Source of the DNA: Albugo candida | Taxonomy: Eukaryota | DNA length: 64,000 nucleotides | Reading direction: 5' to 3' | Assembly (NCBI GenBank): GCA_040437565.1 | Contig: JBDOQK010000034.1 | Coordinates: 186,001-250,000, forward strand | Shown: positions 12,901 to 22,364 of the stretch, one piece after another | How positions within the stretch are numbered: the stretch's first letter is position 1 | Layout of the letters: every line of letters starts with the position of its first letter | Notes under the pieces: model-generated | The model's database searches: none | What the model was told of the DNA's origin: nothing | The model's input: only the letters and a program-made list of their open reading frames with translations | Program-made: the position numbers and the translations under genes

Positions 12901-13622
12901 ATTCGTTGTGAGGCACTTAAACTATTCTCATTCTCGCCAACTGATTCATTCTGCACAGAATGAAACGAACTCTCATAAGCAGCGGCGATTGCTGAGCTTC
13001 CAGAAGGCGTTTTAGGAGGCTCGACAGACGCGTTTAACATTTTTTTGTTAAAGTGTGCTGGAGGTGGTGTGGATGGAAGCGGTACTGAATGGCTATCACT
13101 CGCCAAGGTGTTTGGTCCCAATGATTGTCCATTCTCTGCGGTATCCGATTGGATGCTGTCAACGGTCGAAAGAACAGCTTCTCGATTCAGCTCCTCATTC
13201 AACTGGTTTTTAAAGCGTAATCCCAAATAACAATCAAGATTCTGCACTGATGTTAGAATCTTATGCTGCGGTACCGAGTCATTTTTTCGTTCAGTGCGTT
13301 CACAAGCAGATTTACTGTCAGCATTTATATTTCCGGAAGTGATGAATCCCTCGGATTTGTCAGGATGCAGACTTTGCCGAGAGGGAGAAGAGTGTCGACG
13401 AGGCGATGATATGCATATAGGATTAACGTGATATTCCTTCTCCGCACGTTTATTGGACTGAGAAGTGCGGATACTCTCCTTGAAAGCTTTTATCGGACGC
13501 GATGTCGCTTTACGATCTTGTCGCTCAGTCAAATTCAGCTTCTCCTGTACGCGTACTCTAGTGGTATGACTCATAGGTGGAGGTATACGGGTCTTTCTGT
13601 GTGTAATTTGCTCATCCGACAT
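6939..13622 (-). CDS. Uncharacterised ~1577-aa protein (after collapsing the artefactual duplicate): disordered N-terminus, coiled coil, two short helical 'L-x-x-F-F...RE...L...YG' modules, one TM helix, acidic C-terminus
   Basis: Long ORF. Coiled coil (ELRRSETLLKLQL...IAELENLLEE), TM LLIRLFIFGILVIGCVALFNVL. 650 codons come from the 1850-bp overlap plus the 100-N gap. Confidence 0.8.
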   Translation of the reverse strand: MSDEQITHRKTRIPPPMSHTTRVRVQEKLNLTERQDRKATSRPIKAFKESIRTSQSNKRAEKEYHVNPICISSPRRHSSPSRQSLHPDKSEGFITSGNINADSKSACERTERKNDSVPQHKILTSVQNLDCYLGLRFKNQLNEELNREAVLSTVDSIQSDTAENGQSLGPNTLASDSHSVPLPSTPPPAHFNKKMLNASVEPPKTPSGSSAIAAAYESSFHSVQNESVGENENSLSASQRIRLGLSALQASQNSLKTSQNGKQASMESGQHPGSSESEFDRSGRINCEHEIEHIKEGSRTRAETRRTSESNTSQTSGSASIFSQPMSPKSSSLRRTRRSKSEMLVARLLPVTQNVNDLLSYVHELRRSETLLKLQLDHSRRELEDMNKEYSIRITRLEREIERLTQEKKKEVARREQCEEDIYSLQKRIAELENLLEETREGNVDRESVMNGSKLTCQDNASSQNGPSIKPPEHRRNESIRTECCSGSELELLTSYGPTNRPPVFTITPPTSESLLLARVATNEIDSAEVLRQPSFEFSNERKSTTHSERSSTVIQASKASEQLIASSTFSDFEAKTSPILTRTFASNKRVTFKDSDDQAEISASNNSSLNLEKRLRAFFQKTDVSRIKMAQIYAKRYSDREDILLNELIRRYGEDAVASIRIDHNGGDMSQISNNDVDRAHTSPNSFSGPDAIATLEGAGSIPAHKTRKPTLSSVSILRPSSSPESPCMSPHNFSLAPPSLFHGRQNAQPFSMIATVFDEEKPVIDELEEHLARNKEDGPLESISTSGVIEKALPILEGNECSSTHVPSIHPVLEQLQNGMSETFDKVEEKKFKAEACIPNPCSISTAKMIQNSLDIKDTAPAIGNVPISSGVQKHDPIALEELLQTFFRRHQPGKVNTIPQLIAQFTGQERRLVEHLRAEYGSFSVRQLEHHLPAFERCHPRTVGHLNINHKKGADMSLGLRCMRAFARLLIRLFIFGILVIGCVALFNVLESDRLLHRRTNLQVDQRQCTAKDVRFDWEGNHDLTRWLDIFDFQSSDSSSLTETAQQQQSSTEAICFAVEWRRKIDQFLSRPLQFSTATELLHLIPFSDILIVPFIHIFKAQMLDCPQYQKFGRPVVHYAQIKLHKIISSLNSNWFDHIHVMAQRLQKLYVDARNSEFFVEAGKRARSMSVFHISEFKSVQSQVEDVFFQFRAXXXXXXXXXXXXXXXXXXXXXXXXXXXXXXXXXXLTRTFASNKRVTFKDSDDQAEISASNNSSLNLEKRLRAFFQKTDVSRIKMAQIYAKRYSDREDILLNELIRRYGEDAVASIRIDHNGGDMSQISNNDVDRAHTSPNSFSGPDAIATLEGAGSIPAHKTRKPTLSSVSILRPSSSPESPCMSPHNFSLAPPSLFHGRQNAQPFSMIATVFDEEKPVIDELEEHLARNKEDGPLESISTSGVIEKALPILEGNECSSTHVPSIHPVLEQLQNGMSETFDKVEEKKFKAEACIPNPCSISTAKMIQNSLDIKDTAPAIGNVPISSGVQKHDPIALEELLQTFFRRHQPGKVNTIPQLIAQFTGQERRLVEHLRAEYGSFSVRQLEHHLPAFERCHPRTVGHLNINHKKGADMSLGLRCMRAFARLLIRLFIFGILVIGCVALFNVLESDRLLHRRTNLQVDQRQCTAKDVRFDWEGNHDLTRWLDIFDFQSSDSSSLTETAQQQQSSTEAICFAVEWRRKIDQFLSRPLQFSTATELLHLIPFSDILIVPFIHIFKAQMLDCPQYQKFGRPVVHYAQIKLHKIISSLNSNWFDHIHVMAQRLQKLYVDARNSEFFVEAGKRARSMSVFHISEFKSVQSQVEDVFFQFRAGTKQLLPKMGTLNCFNFARIHRISYKIWSNSASQVAKWRERFSNENVANVMHHIAIAYKSLAEYVLTKCEFAQEARHVQTKEEAAIVEETKGIDKDAESQTESNLEQVCLVSPSCEIDKAQNCGSLGGLPSRWSVRDDSQVLSEPTEVKARKVEEDRVEVMDELLHEDSITKEIGEIDAFKDEIEQLEPAETLESGDSRTQSTILQSSITTVTDRQNEGHIMTEEQHFTDFLKEAFETQPEEFAGVDSDKHFAERVEHSKNLPIIFTDPNDHQAKEILQNAAGEDPATSREYIIKLTESRVESSLESHHRGIDLMDVVIQTAPSLADSDETLFSLSKIEIDDVSHEETVQEVDEFCSLYDDLLDVTAELATQELDLRTSEG
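8083..11882. repeat. Direct duplicate 8083-9932 / 10033-11882 flanking a 100-N gap (assembly overlap artefact)
   Basis: Offset 1950. The copies end and begin exactly at the gap edges, and their translated ORFs are identical. Confidence 0.9.
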
Positions 13623-14257
13623 TTTGTATATAAATCGATACTTTAGCTCGCAGTTAAAATTCCTTGAATTTATTCAAATACCCCTTCCAATAGATACATT
13701 TTGTGGTGTTTGGTAAACAATGTCCGAAGGAGAGTACAGTATCTTTCTATACATACGCCCTTGGCGTTGGCATTTGTGCCGCTGCAACAATCCAGCAAAA
13801 TGCTGCACATGAACAGTAATCTGGCCTCCCGATATATATTTGCATACACCCACCAAAGGGNNNNNNNNNNNNNNNNNNNNNNNNNNNNNNNNNNNNNNNN
13901 NNNNNNNNNNNNNNNNNNNNNNNNNNNNNNNNNNNNNNNNNNNNNNNNNNNNNNNNNNNNCAGCGGCACAAATGCCAACGCCAAGGGCGTTGGCATTTGT
14001 GCCGCTGCAACAATCCGGCAAAATGCTGCACATGAACAGTAATCTGGCCTCCCGATATATATTTGCATACACCCACCAAAGGGCTATTTCCCTACTCGAC
14101 TTGAGAGATGTTGAAGCTCAAACCTCGAGGAATTCTTCAACAGCAATCACGTAAAGTACGTGTCATTACTATTTTTAACTAGAGTCGGTATGTCTATTTC
14201 CATTGGATTAAATACCAGCAGCATTCAGTCGCACTATTCTTAGAGCCGTTCACGGAA

Positions 14258-15793
14258 ATGGAAGCTCTCGATATGACCTTCGCAGTTGCGTTGCAAGCAA
14301 ATCACCCACAAATTACAGTAGACTTGGCCACCATCAACTCTTGGCATGCTGAAGCAATGCGTGAGATTGAGCAGACGCTAATGGATACAAATTCTTGGTA
14401 CTTTCAATTCAATCAGATCAAGCGTAAAATGAAGCTCATTTACGATAAAGAAAATGTCCAGGGATATGTCGCTGATTACTTTGCAAAAACAGCGCAGACA
14501 GGGGACATTCCGTTTCGAATTCCAAGTACAGGCAAACATTCTAAAAGTCTCAGCAAGGTCGGATTATGCCAGGCAAAAATTGATAACCTTTCGTTGAAGG
14601 AGATTGCAGACTCCTTATATTCTGATACAACGTCCGATTTTCGATCCGTGTGTGCATCATTATATCAGGAAAATTTTCTAGATAGTGCAGTTCTGCAGGT
14701 TGAGAAAAGTCGAACGAAGGAAGATTTCTTTCAGTTCGTCGGTATGCGTTGGATTGCATTGCAAACATCAACCACCGGAATCGGAACTACTCGAGAATAT
14801 ATTCTTTTTGATAGTTCCGGTACAAGTGTGGACGCTCTTGGACGCAAAGTGCTGTACTCCTATTTTGAGTCTAAATCATTGACCCCCTTTGACGATCCAG
14901 ACCAACAGACAAGCCTTTCCTATACCTCACGTATATTCTTACTCCGGGAGGAGAAAGGTGGAATAGTGTACTATTCGCGTGGAGTGCTACATCGTCTTGG
15001 AGATCGACAATTACCATCTTGGTTATATGTGAAAGAAATGATACAATCTTTTGCACAATCTTTTGCTGTGATGCGCAATATAGGAAGATTAGCAGATTTA
15101 CGAGCTATTTTAGAAACTATAGCTATGAGATCCGAATCCATGGAGGTCACTATGTCTGAATCAAAACACTGTCAAGTCTGCCATCGAAAATTCTCATTCA
15201 TGCGATTGCGGTACTATTGTCGATCATGTGGTGGAAATATATGTCGTCGATGCACTGTCAGCCTTCGGTTATTCAATGAGGCTAATCAATATTCAGCAGC
15301 GTTGGCGGTCGTGCGAGATAGATTCTGCATCAATTGCGTGCTACAAGCCAGAGAAGGAAGGGCACAGAAATCAATATCGCGTCCAAATCACAATGCGGAA
15401 TACATGGGCAAAGAGGAGCAGAAGACTAAAAATGAAGAACAAGAGATGGAAGGTAACGTCGAGGAATTCAACATTTTGAGCATGTCCACCTTGGATCTAT
15501 TCATCAAGCCAGAGGTTCACCGAGAAAGCATGACGCATAAGGCGGACGAACGCTCAGCCCGGCCTACCCTTGCCAACTCGCTATTGTTTCATAAGAAACC
15601 ACAAGAAGAATCGCTCACACTGCGGCACGGCTCGAAGGGAATGGATGACTTGTCCAAGTCGATTGCTCAACAAGAAGCACTGTTGTTGTCTTTACTGGCA
15701 GAGCAACGAAAACGGGCGACAGCTTTCGTTCGCACTGAACCTCCCACCGCCAACCATTTTTCCGATAGTGAGCGCTTTGAGATCATTTCTTAA
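14258..15793 (+). CDS. Oomycete-type START-like + FYVE zinc-finger protein (511 aa)
   Basis: CQVCHRKF..RLRYYCRSCGGNICRRC...FCINC gives 8 Zn ligands. The N-terminal LYSDTTSDFR..FLDSAVL..FVGMRWIA..REYILFD pattern is typical of the oomycete START-like family. Confidence 0.85.
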   Translation: MEALDMTFAVALQANHPQITVDLATINSWHAEAMREIEQTLMDTNSWYFQFNQIKRKMKLIYDKENVQGYVADYFAKTAQTGDIPFRIPSTGKHSKSLSKVGLCQAKIDNLSLKEIADSLYSDTTSDFRSVCASLYQENFLDSAVLQVEKSRTKEDFFQFVGMRWIALQTSTTGIGTTREYILFDSSGTSVDALGRKVLYSYFESKSLTPFDDPDQQTSLSYTSRIFLLREEKGGIVYYSRGVLHRLGDRQLPSWLYVKEMIQSFAQSFAVMRNIGRLADLRAILETIAMRSESMEVTMSESKHCQVCHRKFSFMRLRYYCRSCGGNICRRCTVSLRLFNEANQYSAALAVVRDRFCINCVLQAREGRAQKSISRPNHNAEYMGKEEQKTKNEEQEMEGNVEEFNILSMSTLDLFIKPEVHRESMTHKADERSARPTLANSLLFHKKPQEESLTLRHGSKGMDDLSKSIAQQEALLLSLLAEQRKRATAFVRTEPPTANHFSDSERFEIIS

Positions 15794-15893
15794 GTGAAAT
15801 TGCATGTATCACGTCCTCATGAGCTGTTCCATTACTCAAACAAAAGAGCGTCAATTCGCACAGTGCGCAAAGAATGTGATACTGGGACTTATC

Positions 15894-17072
15894 TCAGCCT
15901 TCTATAGATTTACGATGTCTCGAGGTGCTTTGCGATGAGCAATCTACCGCTTTCTCCTCACGTTTTAATAATTTTTCTCGAAGAAGTAGAGACCGTAAAA
16001 GCTGCAGGCTCAATTCATGAACCTCTTCTAGTTCTTTAGATCGTGCATCATAATCCAATTGCTGTTTCTCTTTCTCGTACAGGATTTGCATACGTTCGTT
16101 TGCCACTTGTTGACGCATATCCTCGAGAGTATTCTCAAAATACTGCTGGGTAGACATTGTGTTCTTGCTTGTAGCGATAGTATCTCCTTTCCAGTCCTCG
16201 AGCGCTTCCAAATGGTCAACAGATGAGCAGTTGTGCTCCCCTGTGGAATGTATAGCGTCACATATTTCGATTCCGATTTTTGTATCGTATCTTTTGTCAT
16301 TTGAGGCAAGCCCCGACAGTAGATCTTCAATTGTCATTTTGCAATGATTGACCTCAAATTCAGAGGATTTGAGTTTATTGTACACTTTCGCCAGCTCTTT
16401 ATCGTGTTTTCCCATTGTCGTCATGCCACTTTCTTGATGACAGTGAAATTGTTCTTTCATGCCTTCATTGCTCCAATGCTGAACGATCCTTATCCATTCT
16501 TCAACACGAGCCTTCACTCTATTCGAGCTCAATCTTCCAGCACCTTGGGCAAGTTTACCGATCTTTCCAGCGATAATTGAAGGGTGCAAGTCTTGCTTAT
16601 GAGTTCTTACGAGAAAATCAATACAATCTAATGCGTTCTCCAAATCCCTACACACACTGTTATCATCCTCATCGATCAGACGGCGTCGAACTTGGTCTGT
16701 GAACGCAGTGGGTGTATCATGATCTTGATTATTATTTTCTGTGTGCAACTCAGAAGAAAGATTCTCTTGGATGCATGGATAAGGATTGTTTTGCGGCTTT
16801 CCTAGGGGCTTTGGATCGTTATACGTGAAAACAGCGGGGTCTTCTATCATTTTCCTAATTTTCTCGAGTTCAGCCATATAACTGGTTTCATTTTCAGCAG
16901 CAGAGTCGTCGTCCAGCTCAAAGATTTCCGAGTCTAAAAGTTGTAGCGAGGACGCCGAGGAGCACGAATCCGATAATGATACACAAGTAGACTGGTCTGC
17001 ACAAATTCCCTGCTCGGATTGTTTTGCATTCAGTACGTGTAAATTAGTCGTGCAGTTGCCGTCAATGCCCAT
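15894..17072 (-). CDS. Uncharacterised coiled-coil protein (~392 aa; first ATG at 17072)
   Basis: Long ORF with acidic low-complexity N-terminus and heptad-rich C-terminus; convergent with the FYVE gene. Confidence 0.7.
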   Translation of the reverse strand: MGIDGNCTTNLHVLNAKQSEQGICADQSTCVSLSDSCSSASSLQLLDSEIFELDDDSAAENETSYMAELEKIRKMIEDPAVFTYNDPKPLGKPQNNPYPCIQENLSSELHTENNNQDHDTPTAFTDQVRRRLIDEDDNSVCRDLENALDCIDFLVRTHKQDLHPSIIAGKIGKLAQGAGRLSSNRVKARVEEWIRIVQHWSNEGMKEQFHCHQESGMTTMGKHDKELAKVYNKLKSSEFEVNHCKMTIEDLLSGLASNDKRYDTKIGIEICDAIHSTGEHNCSSVDHLEALEDWKGDTIATSKNTMSTQQYFENTLEDMRQQVANERMQILYEKEKQQLDYDARSKELEEVHELSLQLLRSLLLREKLLKREEKAVDCSSQSTSRHRKSIEG

Positions 17073-19284
17073 TAAATCTCGTTGAAACACGATCTGTGAC
17101 GTTTGAGTATAAGATTCTTTATGACGTCTATTCAGAGCTAATCGATTGACAATTGGTACTTCGTGTCACATGCTCCAATCATAAAAGTGAGACTTCTCAC
17201 CGGTCGTTTATGTCAGCTCGTCCATCTTCCGACGAATACATCTCGATAACGAGTGAGCGGTTTCTATCATGATAACGTTGTAACTGATTTGAATCATTTG
17301 GTGGAATTATGTACACGTGAGTTATAGCTACGCAATGAACAAGTCAACCTGAATCTAGATATCCAGGGTAGAGTAGATTTTGGTCTATAAGATGGGTTTA
17401 TCATTTGAGTATACGCAGGCTGCGAGGTAAATCGCACACCTTCTTCGATAGATTGCCCGCTTGTGCCAATCAGTGTAGAATCTATGCAGACAGGTTCTAA
17501 AATCGCGCACATTCAAACCAACAAGCCGCTTGAAGTACAATTTATGATAAAGATGCACTGAATTTTATAACCAATGGATACTACCAGAACTATATCCCTA
17601 AATTGCTTCTAGTTCGAATTTTCGTAATATAAGATGCAACCACTTGCTCCGAACAGATTCTTCCAGCAGAACAACTTCTCGGAGACCAACGAGTCGGAGT
17701 GAGCCTCATTTGATAGCGGTGTGCAGCATTGCGTCAAAGCTATGAATGTCACTGTCCCACAAATTGGAGTGCACATCTGTCCATTGAATGGTTGTAAAAC
17801 AGTATTTTGCGGGGTTACCGCTATCGTAATACGGTGCAATGATTTGACTTTATGCTCTTTCCTAGGAAACTAGGTCAGTTCATTTATCGGCGCAAGTACA
17901 TGAGATCAATTTTCAATACATTTGAAATGCGATCAGATTCGGAAAAGTAGCAGTGGCGGAGCTGTGTTATGCACACCACCGATTATTTTCCGAGTCATGC
18001 CATCGATAGAAGCGACTTTAACGATATCACCAAGAGCTGGCGTTCAAATGAGAAGTGCTTCAGAAACTAAAGCTTTTTCTGCACCATTCCTTGGTAAGCG
18101 AGAATTATTCGACTCCATAACAGTACATGATTGCGACAGTAATTCCCTTTGTTCCTATTCAGCTGCGATTATGGCATGCATCAAGTTGTCACGGAAGCAT
18201 ACAGTATCATCAGATTTTCTCCATCTCAAAGATGCTGCCCATAGGAGCTACTGTTGGGCATGTAAGTCGGACATTATCATCAAAATGGTAATGCAATCAT
18301 GATACTCGTGCATCTCGATAGATGGATAATATCTGATACCTTCTTTGGGCTACTAGGCGAAGCTATTAGAGGTCCATGATACATAGTCACTGTATATTAT
18401 TACACGAGGTGATGAAGATGCAAAATCCGCAACGTGGAACCTCAAGAAGCTGCATTAGATTCATACATTGGTTTCATATCGCCTGGCTGTGAAACGGATC
18501 ATGCTGGTTCAACGAAGCTGCTGGATTTGTTTTTGACGGCACGTGCATACACGTACATAGCTCAGCTCGATTCATTGGAGATAAGAAGTCTCTCTGTACA
18601 AGTCCCATCATTTCTCATTTATGGTTCGTCAAATCATCAACGAATATGCGCTGCATGCATCCATCCATGGCACATCATGGCGAACGAATCAGCGTCCTCC
18701 CATTAGATACTCAAAGAGGTTCGATGTATTTGGGACAATCAAGTACACTCATTCTAGTGGAAGCATGGCCAAGAGTATAGGCAAGATGCTGTTTCGAATG
18801 TCGTGAAGTAGGGCCATTCATAATAGACTGCAACTACATTTGTCAATATACACAATGCATACATATCTTGTTGCCTTGTAACCGTGTTTGTTAACTATCA
18901 TGTTGCTTTTTATCACATCACATCTACACTATCCATCTCGTATAAATATACAGTGACTATGTATCATGGACCTCTATTAGGATGCCATGTCATACCGCAC
19001 GCATACTCACGCTAATTGGATTCCACGGTANNNNNNNNNNNNNNNNNNNNNNNNNNNNNNNNNNNNNNNNNNNNNNNNNNNNNNNNNNNNNNNNNNNNNN
19101 NNNNNNNNNNNNNNNNNNNNNNNNNNNNNNGCATCAAGTGCACTCGGAAAATGACCTCATTCCGTCATTGAAGATGCATATACACATGGTGGAATTAAAG
19201 CTCAAGAACAGCGAGTACAACAATCACATACTGCAAATGCAACTGGATCGGATGCGAAATGAACTTGACAGTCAGCAAAACTAG

Positions 19285-19737
19285 CAGGACGTCGCATGCA
19301 ACTGGAAACCAGCAACCGACGCATCTTCCATGGCCTCATTACGTCATTGTGGTTCAATGCAAAAGTGCTGGATTGGTGACCTCATTACGTCATCATGTAT
19401 TCAGCTCTTCTTGGTCGAGTTGCAATATTTATTCAGAACGTCGCATGCAATTGCAAAGCCAGCACCCAATGCTTATTTTCATGACCCCATTACGTCATTA
19501 TTGTGCAAAGCGAAAGAGCTCGATTGGATGACCTCATTACGTCATCATGTATTCAGCTCTTCTTGGTCGAGTTGCAGTATTTAATCAGGACGTCGCATGC
19601 AATTGCAAAGCTAGCACCCAATGCTTATTTTCATGACCCCATTACGTCATGATTGTGCAAAGCGAAAGAGCTCGATTGGATGACCTCATTACGTCATCAT
19701 GCATTTAGTTCTTCTTGGTCGAGTTGCAGTACTTAAT
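19285..19737. repeat. Tandem repeat, 3 units of ~149-152 bp, each with two ATGAC-N8-GTCAT-type motifs
   Basis: Units start at 19285, 19434 and 19586 (CAGRACGTCGCATGCAA). Units 2 and 3 are nearly identical; unit 1 is more diverged. Confidence 0.92.
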
Positions 19738-20830
19738 TGTAATTAATATAAGTGAGCTTGCTACTTTGGCACTTATTTATTCTGTAATGCTTACTGTTCT
19801 TATATCTTTCGTTAGAGCAAGGGAGTGATTGACGAAGCAAGCATGGAAATGGTCGCCACTCCAACGGCAACCTGGTCAGATTGGTAGACTCGGCAAGGAA
19901 TTTGAAGTATCCGGCACGGACGTGATGATGCAGGGCTGTACGCGCTCATCTCACACGCAATGGATGCCAGGTTCAAGGCATCATTATCGAAATATATTTC
20001 ACGTCTTGTATTACTCGCTAGCGGAGCTATGGCAGTATATCACAAACGCAACGAGCCCATCTCGCTGCTACCGCGTTTAATTACCTATCAGGCGGCTGTA
20101 GGCAATTACGCTGCAGCCTACCTCTTACAGAGTGCATCATATTGCACCGATGATTCATCTTGAAGGGGAATACGATGTACTGCCCCCAGTATATCTTTCT
20201 AACACCTGTTTTATTCGGACAACAAACGCATTCACTGGGCTCATGTTGCGTGACAATTCATTCTGTGAATCCGCGATAACCATCACAACACGCTACAAGC
20301 TGATATGGCTCGAAATCAGGATTATGCCAACGATAACCGTAACAACCAAACCTGATGTAGAATGCTCCAGCTCTTTCAATGATACCCAGTAGATGAGAAC
20401 CTGGATACGAGTGAAGAGAAATATGTTCAATGGCCTATGTTCTAATAGGGACTGGCTAAAAGAGAGTACCATCGATTCAAGCAGGTATCACATTGTCTAT
20501 GAGAACACATCGTTTTATCATAATAGGCTTGGACGCGACACTGCTAGCTTCCGAAACTGATGTACGCGAATCTTGGAAAGTAATGGAAGAAGCTATATTG
20601 GCTACGGTAGAATCGCAAATGTAATCGCTGAGTCTCTTTTCAGCCCTTGCAAATGTGATGACCCAGCTGCATTGCAAGACATGAACCTTTGATCTCATGC
20701 GTCCGAAATTCCTTCCAATGCACGTGTAAAATTGAGAATACTGCTTGAGCGTTTCGTTGTTTATGCACTGACTGGTTGGGCATTACCTGGAAATTGGTAA
20801 ATTGATGGCTCTATTTCGAATAGAGATTGG

Positions 20831-22364
20831 AGTGCGATCACTGTTGCAAGCCCTGAGTGTAGTGGCAGCGTTGACTCTGGCTCTAGATGCGGAGGGAAGG
20901 TCAAACTCTATTCCTAACGAGAGAGCGAATCGCAATTTTGGCTTTGGATGCTACAAGAAGGATTTCACGGGAGTGAAAAAGCTCTAAGTGAATTTCTCGT
21001 AGTCGGAAGTTCAAATAAAACTTGTTCTAAAACTCAAAATGTTTAGTTGCCAGCTTTCTGCTTTTTAGTGTGCGGTGAGCCAAGGCACCCTTACTTCTGT
21101 GGTACGAAAAGCATGTACTATCTTCTCTCATGATAGCAATACGATATCCTGCTGGAAAATGCACGCTGAGTCATAAATATTCGGGATGCAGATCATGAGG
21201 TTGTGGCTTTACAATCATCTCTGGCAATACCTGGATAAGGACACAATTGTAGGAAGTATGCAAGCATGAGAATATGGCTCTATTAATATACGATTATTTT
21301 TCCTATAACCATTGAAGCCTGAGTCAGCGTGAGGCTTTATATTGAGGCCTGAGTCGACGCGAATCTTACAGTGTCAGAACGACCGCTAGGAAACTTCAAG
21401 CAAATCATTTACATGCTTTTCAGCACCTACATTACCGCGGTAAAATAAGCGATTGCGTGAGGAATCACAACAGCTTGGTATTCAAGCACTGAGTGAAATA
21501 CTACGAATCTGCACGTGTTGCTTCTTCATGAACCGCTCTATATCACATTGAATGGATTTCTGCCGTGAACGCGAAAGGTCTGCATACACGCACCGTCTAG
21601 AATCTCACAAACGATGAAACGAGAGTGCAGCATTTTGCAAGTCTAGACTTGTACCTTCAAGCTGGCTATCATTGTGTCATTCCAAATCTCTTAGATAACC
21701 ACAATGTGGTTCCTAGATTGGCTTCGCTGCTCGTCGTTATCTTTGCTTGTTTGACTACAGTGAATATGTTGTAAATCTTGTCACTCCATTCCCAAGCATT
21801 TCCATTTGGATGCCGCACATTTCTTTAATGTTGTCGCGCTTCTTAGCTTCATGACCTAATATAGCCGCTAGCATCATTAGATGACTTTTGTAATTCTCCC
21901 CAGCTCATGCTTGCAGACACGCATGTGAAAACGTGATCTCCGACATACTATTTCATGGCCTGAACTCGTGCTCGTATACCATTTGCTGCATTAGAAAAGA
22001 CCACTCGGAACTTCTGCGTAATTCATTTATAGACTGAAAGGCGTGTAGGTCACCACCTGTAATTGCTTGTGTATCTGCAGGTGCAAATGCTCGTTGTTGC
22101 ATGTCATCATCATCTTCCTGTATTCTTCTTACCAGCTCCTACTCTCGGATGCTGAGCGACTACGCTTAAATGCCAGTTTTTCCTTCTGGTCGAATACATG
22201 CTCCATTTCGCCGTGAACAAAACTTGTCCCGCAAAGAATTATTTTTCCTGCAAAGGTGTTCACTGAACAGGGTAGTTGATATAACTTCCAGGGGTCTAGT
22301 ACCTAGAACATTGTTGCTGATGATACGAGAATATAATCAATCACGCTGTTCACTGAGGGACTGA
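20831..22364 (+). pseudogene. Decayed secreted-protein gene, cassette partner A (artefactual second copy at ~24106-25639)
   Basis: Signal-peptide-like VRSLLQALSVVAALTLALDA starting at a GTG, then many stops and Cys-rich fragments (HACRHAC). The terminal SGRIHAPF...KELFFLQRCS resembles the fragments at 32169-32355 and 60278-60550. Confidence 0.4.

Noticed and set aside
13961-14007. Perfect 22-bp-arm hairpin (possible MITE or regulatory palindrome)
   Set aside because: It starts exactly at the gap edge and is absent from the overlapping copy left of the gap (13763-13860, which differs by one SNP at 13794/14017). It is best explained as a fold-back chimeric read at CGCC-CTT-GGCG.
13747-14079. 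SWIM-finger-like peptide DYCSCAAF on the minus strand
   Set aside because: No downstream CxH or plausible exon structure, and the region is disrupted by the gap and chimera.
17200-19030. Short ORFs in intergenic DNA (also 19.8-20.7, 27.6-28.9, 56-58.5 and 63-64 kb)
   Set aside because: No recognisable motifs or consistent exon chains; they may be old remnants but are not assignable by eye.
19285-19737. CRISPR-like array
   Set aside because: Eukaryotic context, no cas genes, and the sequences between motifs are themselves repeated rather than unique spacers.
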